This document shows, in pieces, positions 45,044 to 60,466 of a stretch of 64,000 nt of DNA. This DNA is from the human T2T-CHM13v2.0 reference genome, Homo sapiens: the NCBI RefSeq assembly GCF_009914755.1, contig NC_060942.1; one strand, written 5' to 3'. A model generated the notes under the pieces. That model searched no databases and was not told the DNA's origin. It worked only from the letters and a program-made list of their open reading frames with translations. The translations under genes and the position numbers were made by a program. Position 1 is the first letter of the stretch; the number at the start of each line of letters is the position of its first letter.

Positions 45044-46169
45044 GTTTGTAATGTTAATAGACATATAGAAGAAAGCATCTCTAAATTAATGGTTGAATCT
45101 GAAGTTGTTTGAAAATTACACGTGTTTATTTTCATACACAAAATAACAATTAAAATGTTAAGTAGGCCAAGGTAGCTGGCACCAGAAGACAAACTTGAAT
45201 TTCAAATCTATCCCTCACTGACAAAGTGATTTAGGGTAAGTTACTTCTGCTGTCTGTGCCTCTGTTGCCACCTATGTAAACGGAAGTGTTTGCAGGGGTT
45301 AATTTGTAGGTTTCCCTCCATATCTACAGGTTTATGCTATATATTTAAATTGTGTGTTTGCTAGAATTATGCTTGCTGGCTTTCTCTGTCAAACCGCATT
45401 AGTACATGTGAAGCTGGTATCTGCAAAAGCAGCGTCAGCAGCAGTTGATCTGTCCCATTACAGTTATAATTAATGTTGCATCTGTGATTCCCCTAAGTCC
45501 CATGACCAAGATGTGCTCGGTCACTAATTGGTCCACTTTAGATCTGATGAACATTTACAGTGATATTTCTATATCATCCATCCTGAAGGACTTCAAAGAT
45601 GTAGATTTCCTCAAAGAAAAATTTTGACCGTAACTGCATTATATCCATGATACGCTTTACAAATTTACTTGAATATATATATATATATTCATTGAAGCTG
45701 AATGATTTCTTAGGTCACATATTATATATGAAAATGTATAAAAAGAAACCCGACTTTTATTATGGTAAACATTTGGGTGAATTACCACACAAACTCAGGG
45801 TCTGGGATGCATCACCTATCACCTTTCTAAGAGGTTCTTTTTAGTAATCGGGATTCATCGTTTTAATAGAATGGCCACAGTGAAAAGCAATCACTTTTGT
45901 TAAGCTATTTCAAATATATTCAAATCAGAATTAGACTCATTGCTTTAACACTTGTGTTATACTCCAAACTGATACCAAATCACTACTGAAACACTACAAA
46001 GGGTACAACGTCTCTGTGCCCTAGAAATCTTGTCTATTACATGGGCATGTGAAACCTGACATACTTACCTAAAAATTTTGGTGAGGATTAAATAACAATA
46101 TTAATACTCTTAGGGAAATTTTGAAGTGGCACATGATGGCACGTGACTATCCTTAAGAAACAACTTGTT

Positions 46170-46533
<364 letters not shown>

Positions 46534-46583
46534 CTAGGGCCCTATGTATTACTACAACAACATAACTGGCAATATGTCTATTA

Positions 46584-46819
<236 letters not shown>

Positions 46820-47349
46820 GCTGATTTTCACAATAACAACAAAACAAAAAAACACAAAACTTTTGCAAACTGTACAATTTTTCGTTGCAGAAAGCCAAAT
46901 CCAGGCTGACTTATATATTTTTGAGGTAAATATAGGCATCTGGGCAACTTCCTATTAATTCTAGGCCTTTTTATTTACATGAATGGAAGAAGAGTCTTTT
47001 CCCTTTGCAATGATTTTGCTCTGCTGTGGAACGTTTATTTCTCTCCATCCATAGTCCTATCACCCAAACTATTTGCTAATAATTGCAGCTACAGGCTCAG
47101 ATTTGTTTAATTCTTCATTTTCCAAATCATTAAAAATAGGTTCCTTTCCTGAAGGTTTTCCAACAAACAGAAACTCAGTTCTCTTTAATTAAATCCAGTG
47201 GCTTGAAACACCAAAGAGAAGAAGTAAACTCAGGGGATTCCAACGGAAGGGACTGCTTAGATCAAAGGAAGTGTTCATGTGGTACCAAGTTCAGAATGTG
47301 AATTAGAAAAATCCCTGGAGAAAACAAAAAGTGTAGTGTCCCACAGACT

Positions 47350-48115
47350 TTCATGCTAAATTTGGCTACACCATTTATTAGATACATGACTTAGTGCAAG
47401 TCATGCTTCACCTCTCTAAGCCAAAACGTTCTCGCCTATAATATAATGATAGTACACAACTTCTGGGTTGTTCTTAAAATTAAATAATATGTGGGATGAG
47501 AAAACAGCTAACCTTTGGTCAGTGTTTATCATATGCTCCACCTTCTTCTAGGCTCTTAAATATGCCTCTCAATCCTTACATAAGCCCTTGAAATACATGT
47601 TACTGTATGTATTTTGCAAATGAAGATGGTAAAATATAAGAAAGTTGAAAATAATTATCACATGTCCAAGGCCACATAGCTAATAACTGGAACTGAAAAC
47701 CACAATCTAAATAGGAATCTGCTATACTCCAAAATGCATGCTTGTCACTTGAACCCGTGATTTCTTGCGTGTTAATAGTATTTCCAATAAATGTTACTCT
47801 TATTTATTTAGACATTGTTAGAATAAACTAGACAGAAAAGAGCTTCAGAAAGTCCCACCTCTGCCAACAAGTATAAATACATCAAAGCAAGAGTACCTAG
47901 ATCATACATCAATTTCTTAAGACATTACATTACATTGAAGTGAAAGTAAAAAAAATGACTTTGAGGTCAACACTTCTGATTTCACACCCAGATTCCCCAT
48001 TGGTATGTGTCTGTTTGCACAAGTTATTTAAATTTTCTGAGTCTCAGTTTTCTCATCTGTATAATGGGAATTCTACAAGCTTTATCACAGATTTGTCGTA
48101 AAAATTAAGTGATAC
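47350..48115. mobile_element. Cluster of MIR fragments (about 47350-47490 +, 47520-47750 -, 47940-48115 +)
   Basis: catgacttagtgcaagtca; ccaaggccacatagctaataa; tctgagtctcagttttctcatctgtataatggga. Confidence 0.65.
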
Positions 48116-48301
48116 TAGTTGGGTCAAGAAGGCAGGCTAAGCTGATATTTCTATTTCACCTGCCATCTAAATTCCCATCAAATGGCAAAATAAACACATT
48201 TTACATAACGAAAGAGTAGCAAGGGAAGAAAAAAGAGTACCATCAGAAAATCACACATTTTAAGGAATTCCTGAAAATCAGACGGCAGACTGCGTTAGCT
48301 A

Positions 48302-48799
<498 letters not shown>

Positions 48800-48831
48800 T
48801 TAATTAATATTAATATTATTTTGTAACTATC

Positions 48832-49168
48832 TGTATTAATTTTCTGTGGCTGCCATAAAAACTTACCAAAAACTCAGTGGCTTAAAATAATACATTGATT
48901 ATCTCACAGTTATACAAGTTAGAAGTAGAACTAGTCCTACTGGGCTGACACAGTCCCACTGGGCTAAAATCAAGCTGTTAGCAGGGCTGTGTTCCCTTCT
49001 GGAGGTTCTAGGGGAGAATCTGTTTTCTTGCCTTTTTCAGCTTCTAGAGGCTGCCTGCTGTGCTTCTGTGATTCAACTTAGATTTTTCTAGGTTGTTTCC
49101 CCTCTGAGGACCCAGTAGGTGGAGTGTTTTGGAATAGGTGGGCCATAAAATACATCTCAGCATACTAC
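48832..49168 (-). mobile_element. MLT1D-like MaLR LTR with an internal deletion
   Basis: tgtattaattttctgtggctgcc...actgggctaaaatcaag...ctaggggagaatctgttttcttgcctttttcagcttctagaggctgcc. Confidence 0.8.
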
Positions 49169-51421
49169 AACTACTTATGAGATTGTCTCAAGGACTTAAT
49201 ATAACATTCATCATTTTAGATATTTACTTCATGTTCTATGGAAAATGGTGTCTTAATATGTTTTCTGAGTTTTTGTGACCGATTTGATCTAACTTTTAAT
49301 GCACATTGAATGCACTCTTGAATTTCCTCCTTAGAACAAAATACCCACAGATATTTCTCAGTTTATCTTTCCAAATGAATAATTAAGAAGACTGAGTAAG
49401 GTGAGTAAACTTAACCAAACCAAATGTATGATGAATGCAGAGAAAGATAAAACACAATATTTTTTTACTCCTTCTCCTATGTCCTTTCTGTTATTCAATT
49501 TTATAGGCTTAGGTTCAAAATACTACCTTTACTCAGTCAAATAAATTTTTGTCATCTTTTTTCCAATATAATTGACTGATCAACTCACATTCCATTAGCT
49601 TCTTAATTTTTTTTATTATTATGAATTTGGTTAACATTAGAGCACATATATGTAATAATGTGAAAATCAATCTTAGTAGAGAAAATCATGTTTCACTCTT
49701 CTCTATTTTAATAATAATTTTTAATTGATAAAGACAAGTATATACTGGTCAATCTGCTTAATTTTGATATAAAAGTAAGAATTTCAAATAAATTGAAGTG
49801 GATTGCTTCTCAGCTTGATGAGAAAATTATCATGAAACTTACCCTTTACTAATAAAAATTATCACCTGAAGGAAGAAATTAAGTTGTTTTACAATGACAC
49901 AAAGTGTGTGTGTATACACACACACTAAAATTTGAGCTACAAAAGTGTGTCTTGCCAACATAATGGCAAACTTCTAGATTCTTTCCAGATTTAAGTAGAC
50001 GAGAGGATCGCACATATCATATAAATAATAGGATTCTAACATTTAAAATATTTATATTGTATAAAGACCTAAAATATATTAATAGTAATTCCAATCATTG
50101 ATTACTCAATGGACAACTGAAAACCTAAAATATAAATTAAAAACACTAAGTGCTTTCTGAGAAGGAATCTATGAGTACGTTCAAGAAAAGAAAAAAGAAA
50201 AAAAAAAGTCTGATAGGAAGCTGAAAGGACAAAGCAAAACACAAGACTATCAAAGGCCGAGGGATAGGCAAAGAGAAATTTGATTACATCAGCCAGTGAA
50301 AGAAATCCTATAGGAAACATCAGACAGTATTTCAGCCTTGTTTAATTCAGTTGAGGTGTAGTTTAGAAAGGAGTAAGGACTACAAGGTCTATAGATTGGA
50401 GGAACCAAGATCTGAGCCACTTACAGTAAAGAGAAAATATGGTGCTCAGTTGAAGTTGCTACAAGAAGATTTCTAAGTGGCTACCAGATATTGATGTCTA
50501 GTGTATGTTAATGAGAGCATTAAAAAATAAATTAATTTTGTATCTTAGTGACTATGAAGACTCATGTGCCTTTTTAGGACACAGAAGCCAACAAATGCAA
50601 AAGAATCACTAGAAATTTAGCAAGACTGAACAAAGAAGCAAAGCCACTCAATGGAGATTATTTTGACAAACTAGCAATGGAACAAAGGGGCCACAATTGC
50701 CGGTTTGTTCAAAGGGTTACATAGATCAAGTAGTTGTCATTGTCTAGATGCAGTCTAACCACTAAATGATTAATATCAGTGTAATATTTTATTTCCTACT
50801 AATTAAACTTCTTAATATAATTGGTTGTAAGAATGCTCATCTAATATCTCAGCCACTGCCAGAAAGTGCAGAGGGAAAAGGAAATAAGCCTTCTGGCAAA
50901 AGTCCATGAGACTAATTATCCAAGGAAATTCATGTCACAAATGCAACTAATTGAGGTGTTATCTGCATAGGTAAAAACAAAGCTCTTAATTGGCCTTTGT
51001 TCAATTTTCATTCAAAAGTTACTGAACACAAGGTTGTGTATTTGAGGTTGTTTAGTTTTAAGAATATTTTATTTAAGGTTAGGGCAAGAATGCACACAAA
51101 AGATATCAGCAGGAAAGGAGCACTGATTCCCATAAAATATTGGCCTGTAGAAGTGTTTAAGTGCTAAATCCTCCTTTCAACTACCCCCAAAAGGTAGACT
51201 TTCTTTTCTTTGAGGTTGTGGTCCTGTGGCTATGACACCATTAGCCATAGTTGCCAAATGGTCTTCCTATGCCTTATGAGCCCTTCATCATAGCAGACCA
51301 GGAATTTCAACAGATGCTGGCTTCTCTTAACTCTTTCTCTGTAGAAGAGACATATATTTAAAAAGAGTATTTATTTCCCCATTTTTCAAAGAACACAAAG
51401 TTATTAAAACAACATGGAACT

Positions 51422-51842
<421 letters not shown>

Positions 51843-51924
51843 TTACACAATTTCCTTTTTTTTGATGGCCTGGTGAGGGCCCTCCCACATTAGAGCTTTC
51901 TGTAATTATGATCTAATACATAAC

Positions 51925-52130
51925 TGATATTTGTTAGCTACTTATCATATGCTAGGTACTCTAAAATGTGTGATCTTATTTAATCATTAGAAGAAACTTT
52001 GTAATATATTATCCCATTTTTGTAAGTGAAGAAACTAAAGCTGAAAGATAAATAGCTTCCTAAAAAATCACAGAACTATTAAGGGGCAGATAGTACCCTC
52101 AAATTCAGGTTTTAGGACCCAAAATCTGAA
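51925..52130 (-). mobile_element. MIR fragment
   Basis: ttatttaatcatt...atcccatttttgtaagtgaagaaactaaagct. Confidence 0.65.
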
Positions 52131-52299
52131 AGGGATGCTTTGTTATAGAAAACATCAGGTGCACAGACCTGATGAAAATATCCATGAAAGAAAAAAGAAT
52201 ATTAGAAATGTATATGCTACAGTGGACAGAGATGTACTAAGCTTGATGAATTATAAACGAATATTAGTACTTAAGTCCTGTCTGTAGAAGGTCGACTAA

Positions 52300-52636
<337 letters not shown>

Positions 52637-52699
52637 AGGAATCTTAATATTCACTGAAAATTAGATAATTTTTCCCCTAGTAAATTATCTATCCTACTT

Positions 52700-54110
52700 T
52701 CTTGATTTTTCACTTCTATTATTTCCAATGGGAAGTCTGCTGTCATTATCTGTTCCTCTCTGAATATGTGTTTTTCCCCTCTCTGACTACTTTTAAGGTA
52801 TTTTTCTTTATCATTGTTTTAAGCAATTTGATTAGGATGTGCCTTGGTATAGATTTTTTCCACTTTTTTGTGCTCTGGTTTTGTTGAGCTTCTGGACTTT
52901 GTAGGTTTAGACTACTTATTAAATTTTAAAACTATTGCCTTATTTCCTAATTTTTTTCTTTTATTTTTACAGCCTTCTTTGGAAACTTCATTTATACATA
53001 TATTAGGCTGCTTGATGCTATATTACTGCTCACTAATACTTTGGGGTTTCCTTGGTTGTCACTCGAGGTTTTATTGTTGTTTTGCAGTTTCTATTGCTAT
53101 GCCTTCAAGTTTGATTTTTTCTTCAAACTCTAATTCGTTGTGTTTTTTTAACTTAGACAAGTAGTTTTCCTCTTTAGAAATCAATTTGTATCTTTATTTC
53201 TTCTCTCCACTTTTTTAATATGCTTAATCTTTTCTTTCTTAAACATGTGGAATGCAGCTTATGATAACTATTTTTAAACGCTTGTCTACTAATTCTATTA
53301 TCTAAATTATTTATAAACTTATTTCCATTGATTGATTTTTCATCTTTCTTCATGCTGATGATTTATGAATGGATGTCGTGCATTGTGACTTTCATTTTTT
53401 TGTGTTCTGGATTTTTTGACATTACTATAAATATTCTTGAGCATTGATCTAAGGTGCAATTATGTTATTTAGAAATGTTTTGATCTTCATAATGCTTCCT
53501 TTTGTGCTTTGTGAGGCTGATTCAGGACAATGTTTCTTCAGGACTCATTTTGTTCCACTATTAAGTCCACACTATTCTGAGTACTCTATCCAATATTTGA
53601 TGAATTATGAAGTTTTTCTACTCTGTCTTGTGAAAACACAAACCATTACTGGTCTTATGAAAATGCCAAAGATTGTTCTTTTTGCTCCTTTTGGGTGCTT
53701 CCCACACTCTTGGGCCTAAAGTAGTTTGCATACACAAATACACTGATCAATACTCAGTTGGAAACTTGAGGAGACCCTCTTCAAATCTCTAGAATCCCTC
53801 TATGTGTGGCTGTCTTCTGTCTGGCACTCTGCACTGTGAACTCAGTTTACCTTAACCCTTCTGGATTTCTGTCTCCTCAACACAGGGAAACTTAGATTCC
53901 TCTTAGATACCTCCTGTATGTGCTTAATCCTGGAACGACCCCTATACAGTAAGTTGGAGCAACATAAGACTCACCTCATTGGTTCACTTTTCTCAGAAAT
54001 CTCTGTCCTGTACTACAGAAGGTTCAATATTTAAAAATCACTGCTTATATATATTTTTGTACTGTTTGTTAATTTTATCATTGAGTGAATAAATCTAGTT
54101 CCTATTGCTT
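52700..54110 (-). mobile_element. Ancient L1 (L1ME-type) ORF1/5' region
   Basis: gaagtctgctgtcatt...ctgactacttttaag...gcaatttgattaggatgtgccttggt...tactcagttggaaacttgaggagaccctct. Confidence 0.7.
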
Positions 54111-54139
54111 GTGAAAGCTCCTGAATATATTAATTTTAG

Positions 54140-55830
<1,691 letters not shown>

Positions 55831-55857
55831 AGGAGCCTGCCTAATTAGCCTCTTGGA

Positions 55858-56009
55858 GAGTGGTTCTCAAACTTTAACATTAGAATCACCTGCGAGACTT
55901 TATAAAACTCAGATTTCTAGATTGCCCTACTACAGAGTTTCTGATTCAATAGACCTAATAAGTTTCTAGGTGATGTTTCATGATGCTGGTTACAGTTTAA
56001 GAACCACTG
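55858..56009. mobile_element. MER5A hAT MITE
   Basis: TIRs agtggttctcaaact / agtttaagaaccactg; attagaatcacctg, agagtttctgattca. Confidence 0.85.
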
Positions 56010-56768
56010 TTGTATATCTATGAGAACTCTATACTCTAGTTTACTCCCAGTTGAGAAGGCAAGAGAAAATTTAATTTACATTGGAATGTGAATGATTGAA
56101 AACAACACAAACTGTTAGTTTTATAGAAATTAACTTACAAATATACATATGAGAATATATGTATGTGCATGTTACTGCCATAATTCTACTATAAAAAAAT
56201 GAAGTTTGAGTTATTAAATTTAATGTACTCTAAGTAAAGAAATTTTAAGCCTGGTACCAACCTTTGATCAAAAAAATCTTCTCCCTGTGGAAGTGAATTT
56301 AAGAAAACAATCCTTCTACCATAACAATCTATTTCAGCTGTTCATTGGTACCTGTTTTTTCACTATATGGATTAATACGTTCACCTTAATTTTTTAAAAT
56401 TTATCTCTAAACAAGAATTGGGATATTTTTGCCAGTCATTGAAAATTTGTTTAAAATGAGTAGTCTGGGAAAAAGACTTACTAAATATTAATTAAATGAA
56501 TTAATAAAATAGAGGATGGTATGGTGAATCTAACTGGATGAAAGAGGAGACATGGAGAAACAAAACAGGAATTTCTAGAAAAGGGCAATAGTACATCCTC
56601 GGAAATTTGAGTCACTTGCTCATAATTCTATTGATGGAGCTACATGACTGATATGCCATGTATATTCTATTCAGTTCCATCAAATAAGGTATATGGTATA
56701 GGGTTAGGCATGTAACAGGACATTCATTATTAATTATGGAAAATCCTTGTATCCAATTGAACTAATTA

Positions 56769-56985
56769 AGAGCGGCAAACTATGGACCCTGGGCCAAATA
56801 TGGCAACAATAAGAATGTTATTAAGGTTAATTGGAACACAGCCATGACCATTATTTTACATTTTGTCTATGGCTGTGTTCATTCTACAACCACAAGGTTT
56901 GGTAGTTGAAACAGAGATAAGAATATGTCCTGCAAAGCTGAAAATATTTACTGTCACTTTACAGAAAAAGTTTGCTGTCCCACTG
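56769..56985. mobile_element. MER58A-like hAT MITE
   Basis: ggcaaactatgg...ttggaacacagccat...gtctatggctg...aaaatatttact...tttacagaaaaagtttgct. Confidence 0.85.
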
Positions 56986-59224
56986 GAAGAGATTCTGGAC
57001 AGCATAAAGTAGGTATTTTGGATTCCTGTCTTTTTATCCATATCTAAAAAAAATCACTCTATTCTAATGTTTAAATCAATCTAAAGTCCAATAAAGCCAG
57101 GAAAAACACGAAATAAAAACACATCTCATCTACCTTTGCATACAACTACATCTCAAAATCAAGTTGATACAACCTCTTAGAGCATATATTCTAGATGATA
57201 TGTATATATTACTTTTCTTCCACTCTGCATACCCAAATTTTTATTTTAGTTAACATATTACAATTTCTTATAACCTACCTATAAAGGAGAGATTTATTCT
57301 TTAAATATAGCAATGAAACTTTTTATTTTCTCATCTGTTTAACTCAGTCTCTTCCTCATTGAATATGGGAAATTATAGCATGGAGGAAAATGGAATGCAT
57401 GTTTATTTAATGCCTATTATGAACTAGGCACTGTATTAGCTAATTTATAAACCAATCTAACTTAACTCCCTAATAATCATGCAAGGAAATTTCTGTCTCT
57501 GAGTATTTAAGAGAGGTTAAGATGTAAGAATTTAACCAGAACCGTGAGACACAAAGCCTACACTTTATCCACTAAATCTGTGAATATATTTTATATTAAC
57601 TGACTTAAGAGAAGATGTGCCATGAAAGGATTCCTAAAGATTCCTGTTTTTATTTACTAGGATGTCAAAGATCGGGATCCATCTATAATACATGATCAAG
57701 ATTAGCACTGAATGCCATGGATATGCAACCTGATAAAAGCAATTTGAAACATTATAGGAAGGCCCTGTGATGCAAAAGTAAGTCAACTACCTGTTTGTTT
57801 ATTCAATCATAAATATAGTTACTGAGCACTTATTCTGAGCCAGACACTGCTATATGCTGAGAATCAAATGATGAACTCGATAGATATCATCCCTGCCCTC
57901 ACAGAATTTTTGTGTTAAAGGTCTGAGAGTCCCTGTAAAGGCCTGTGAGTGTCTTTTATAGTCATGTCATTTCATAAGCTGTAAAGTCCTTTCAGATGGC
58001 TTTATTTAATGCTTATCTCATCTGTGTAAAATAGGCCAGGTTACTTCAGCCATCTAATAATATATTGAGCCTCACATGTAACAGATTTACGTAGCCTATT
58101 CATAGCTTGTGTGTGAAAGTATTGGGATAAAAACCTGAGTCTATGACTCCAAAGGGAATTTTTCTTTCACTGTACCACCACAAACTCTTTTGTAAATGAA
58201 AATAATCCTACAGTCCCCAAGAAACAATGTAATACATATTATTTAAAGTTGTTTTCATTGGTAAATTTTGGCACCCAAGTGAACTCTCTCTGTTATAATT
58301 CAAATCTAAATAACAGAATGCTAGGACTAGAAAGGATCCTAGAGATTATTTCAGTCTAAATTAGTCATTTTACAAATGAAGAAACTGAAATCCAGGGAAA
58401 TTATGTGAATTACAGCCAGTCAGTGAAAGAACCATTGAGCCTCCTGATTGTGCTTAGCCCTCTTTTCAGTGTCCTGTGAGGACTTTTCCTAGCATTAGTA
58501 TTCCTGCTATTATATCTTCCCTTTACTGTGTTTAATGGGGTTGTATGATCAGCTTTTATATTTTAATAATCCAGATCCATTTGCCTGGATGAAAAATTTT
58601 GTTCTCATCTTTTCTTTTATTCATCAAAATGCCAAAGAAAGCACATACTGAAGTATTACATATCCTAAAATGTTATTGCTCACATTTATGTTCTCTTGTT
58701 CCAAGAGGGAAAAAACACTATTAAATTATAACAAATCTGTTTGTAATGTATTCTGCAGCTTTATGATGGCCTGAAATGTGAGCTTGATGATAGGCATCTC
58801 CGAATAAACTCACATCATTTCCTCTGCTTTCTGTGTATTTGGACAGTTGGTCAGTGCCTTCGCTCATCTGTAAATACTACGTGGCCTGTGTTATACAGCA
58901 TGATTTGTTTCAAAATCTACAAGGACACAAATCAATAACACTGCCCACCATTTTTAATGCAAGCTTTAAAAAGTACTGAAGCACATTGTATGGATTTGCT
59001 TTAATAGCACCATAATTTGGTATATGTGTAATGTACATTTATATATACATAAGTTGTCATTCACCTTTTCTCATATTCTCAAATATTTCAAAAATATTAC
59101 CACTTTTATTCATTTTTATACTAGTTAAATAAAATCTTTATAGTTTTGTTATTGTAGAAAAATCTTAACCCTAATTTCACTATATTGACAAAAATAAATA
59201 GCTGGAGACATCTTCAAGGAATAT

Positions 59225-59450
59225 ATTCAGAGTCAGATGTTATGGATTCAAATCCCAGCTACATTAGTTACAATTAATTCACTTTTAGTAAATAAACTAT
59301 CCTTTCTTTACCTCAGTTCCATCATCTAAAATAATAGAGTTAATACTAATAATTGCTTCTTAGGATAGTTGTGAAGATTAAATGAGATGACCCATATACT
59401 ATTCTTGGCTCTAACCCTAATACACAGCAAGTATTCAGTATTTATTAACT
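59225..59450 (+). mobile_element. MIR
   Basis: gagtcaga...ggattcaaatcccagct...cctcagttccatcatct...gttgtgaagattaaatgagat. Confidence 0.8.
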
Positions 59451-60466
59451 ATAATAATTATGGTGATGTCGGTGATTATACTGATGGTGAGGATTATAAT
59501 TGTGTTGCTCTGTTTCCAAATGTCCAAGTCAAAGACAAAATACCCAGAACAGGTTTCATAGTGCCTACTGACTGTCCAGCAAGGAACTTAGGTAGATTTT
59601 CAGTGACTACCAAAGGTCATCTATTATGAATCCATCATGTTAGTCAAGACTAACATTACTAGTTGAGGGCCTGAAGAAGCAAAAATTAATACAGTGTATT
59701 TGGCAAAGTCACCATAGGTGTGGATTTCTTAGTATAGAATATTAGCCGTGTACAAAATTATACAGATCCATCCCTGTTTTGACAGGCAAGCCAAGTGGGA
59801 GTACACCAAAGAGAACTCCTGAATCATGGGAGGAAGAATATTGAATGGACTCCAGGGAGAAAGGTGGGAGATGGAGATGGGGAGCTAAAATAATACTTTA
59901 CACAAGTAAAGTATGCACTTTACAAAGGAAGTAAAGTATGGGCACTGGAGGTGACTATGAAACATAGCCGCAGTTAAATAATCACGGGAGATTAGAGTGA
60001 AAAACAGAAAATAGGAAAAGGAGTATAGAGTGATCTGGCTCAGTACTGGAGGAACTGCACTTGAGGGAGTTCCCTGCTTACATTTTAAAGGATCCAAAGT
60101 AGGAATAACATAAGATGGGCAGGGTAGGAATTGTTGGCTGAGGTCTGTATAAATTAACTGTTTACCTGCAACGGTAGTGCTAGTTAGTTGTTCATCTGGC
60201 TTTAAAATCCGTATCAGCTCACTTGCAATCTTAAGCTTGTTCACTAATTCACATAGAAATGCTGAACCAAACTAAGTTACTAAAGAACAGAAAGTACTTT
60301 CATAAAGATATATTATTTTATTAACATAACTCCTATAGATCTGAAGATTTTACACTCTTTCAACAAATTGTACCAATTTAATTTAAAAACAGTTGTTACA
60401 TAGGAATTTCAAAACTTAACTTTAGGTGATATTAATATGTTTTGGTTGTTAGTCTTTTAGAAGTAT

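Noticed and set aside
46061-46072. atacttacct, matching the U1 snRNA 5' end or a minus-strand donor
   Set aside because: Only 10 nt match, no U1 body follows, and the context looks like a MIR remnant
52153-52174. 8-bp hairpin catcaggt...acctgatg
   Set aside because: Short enough to be expected by chance in 64 kb
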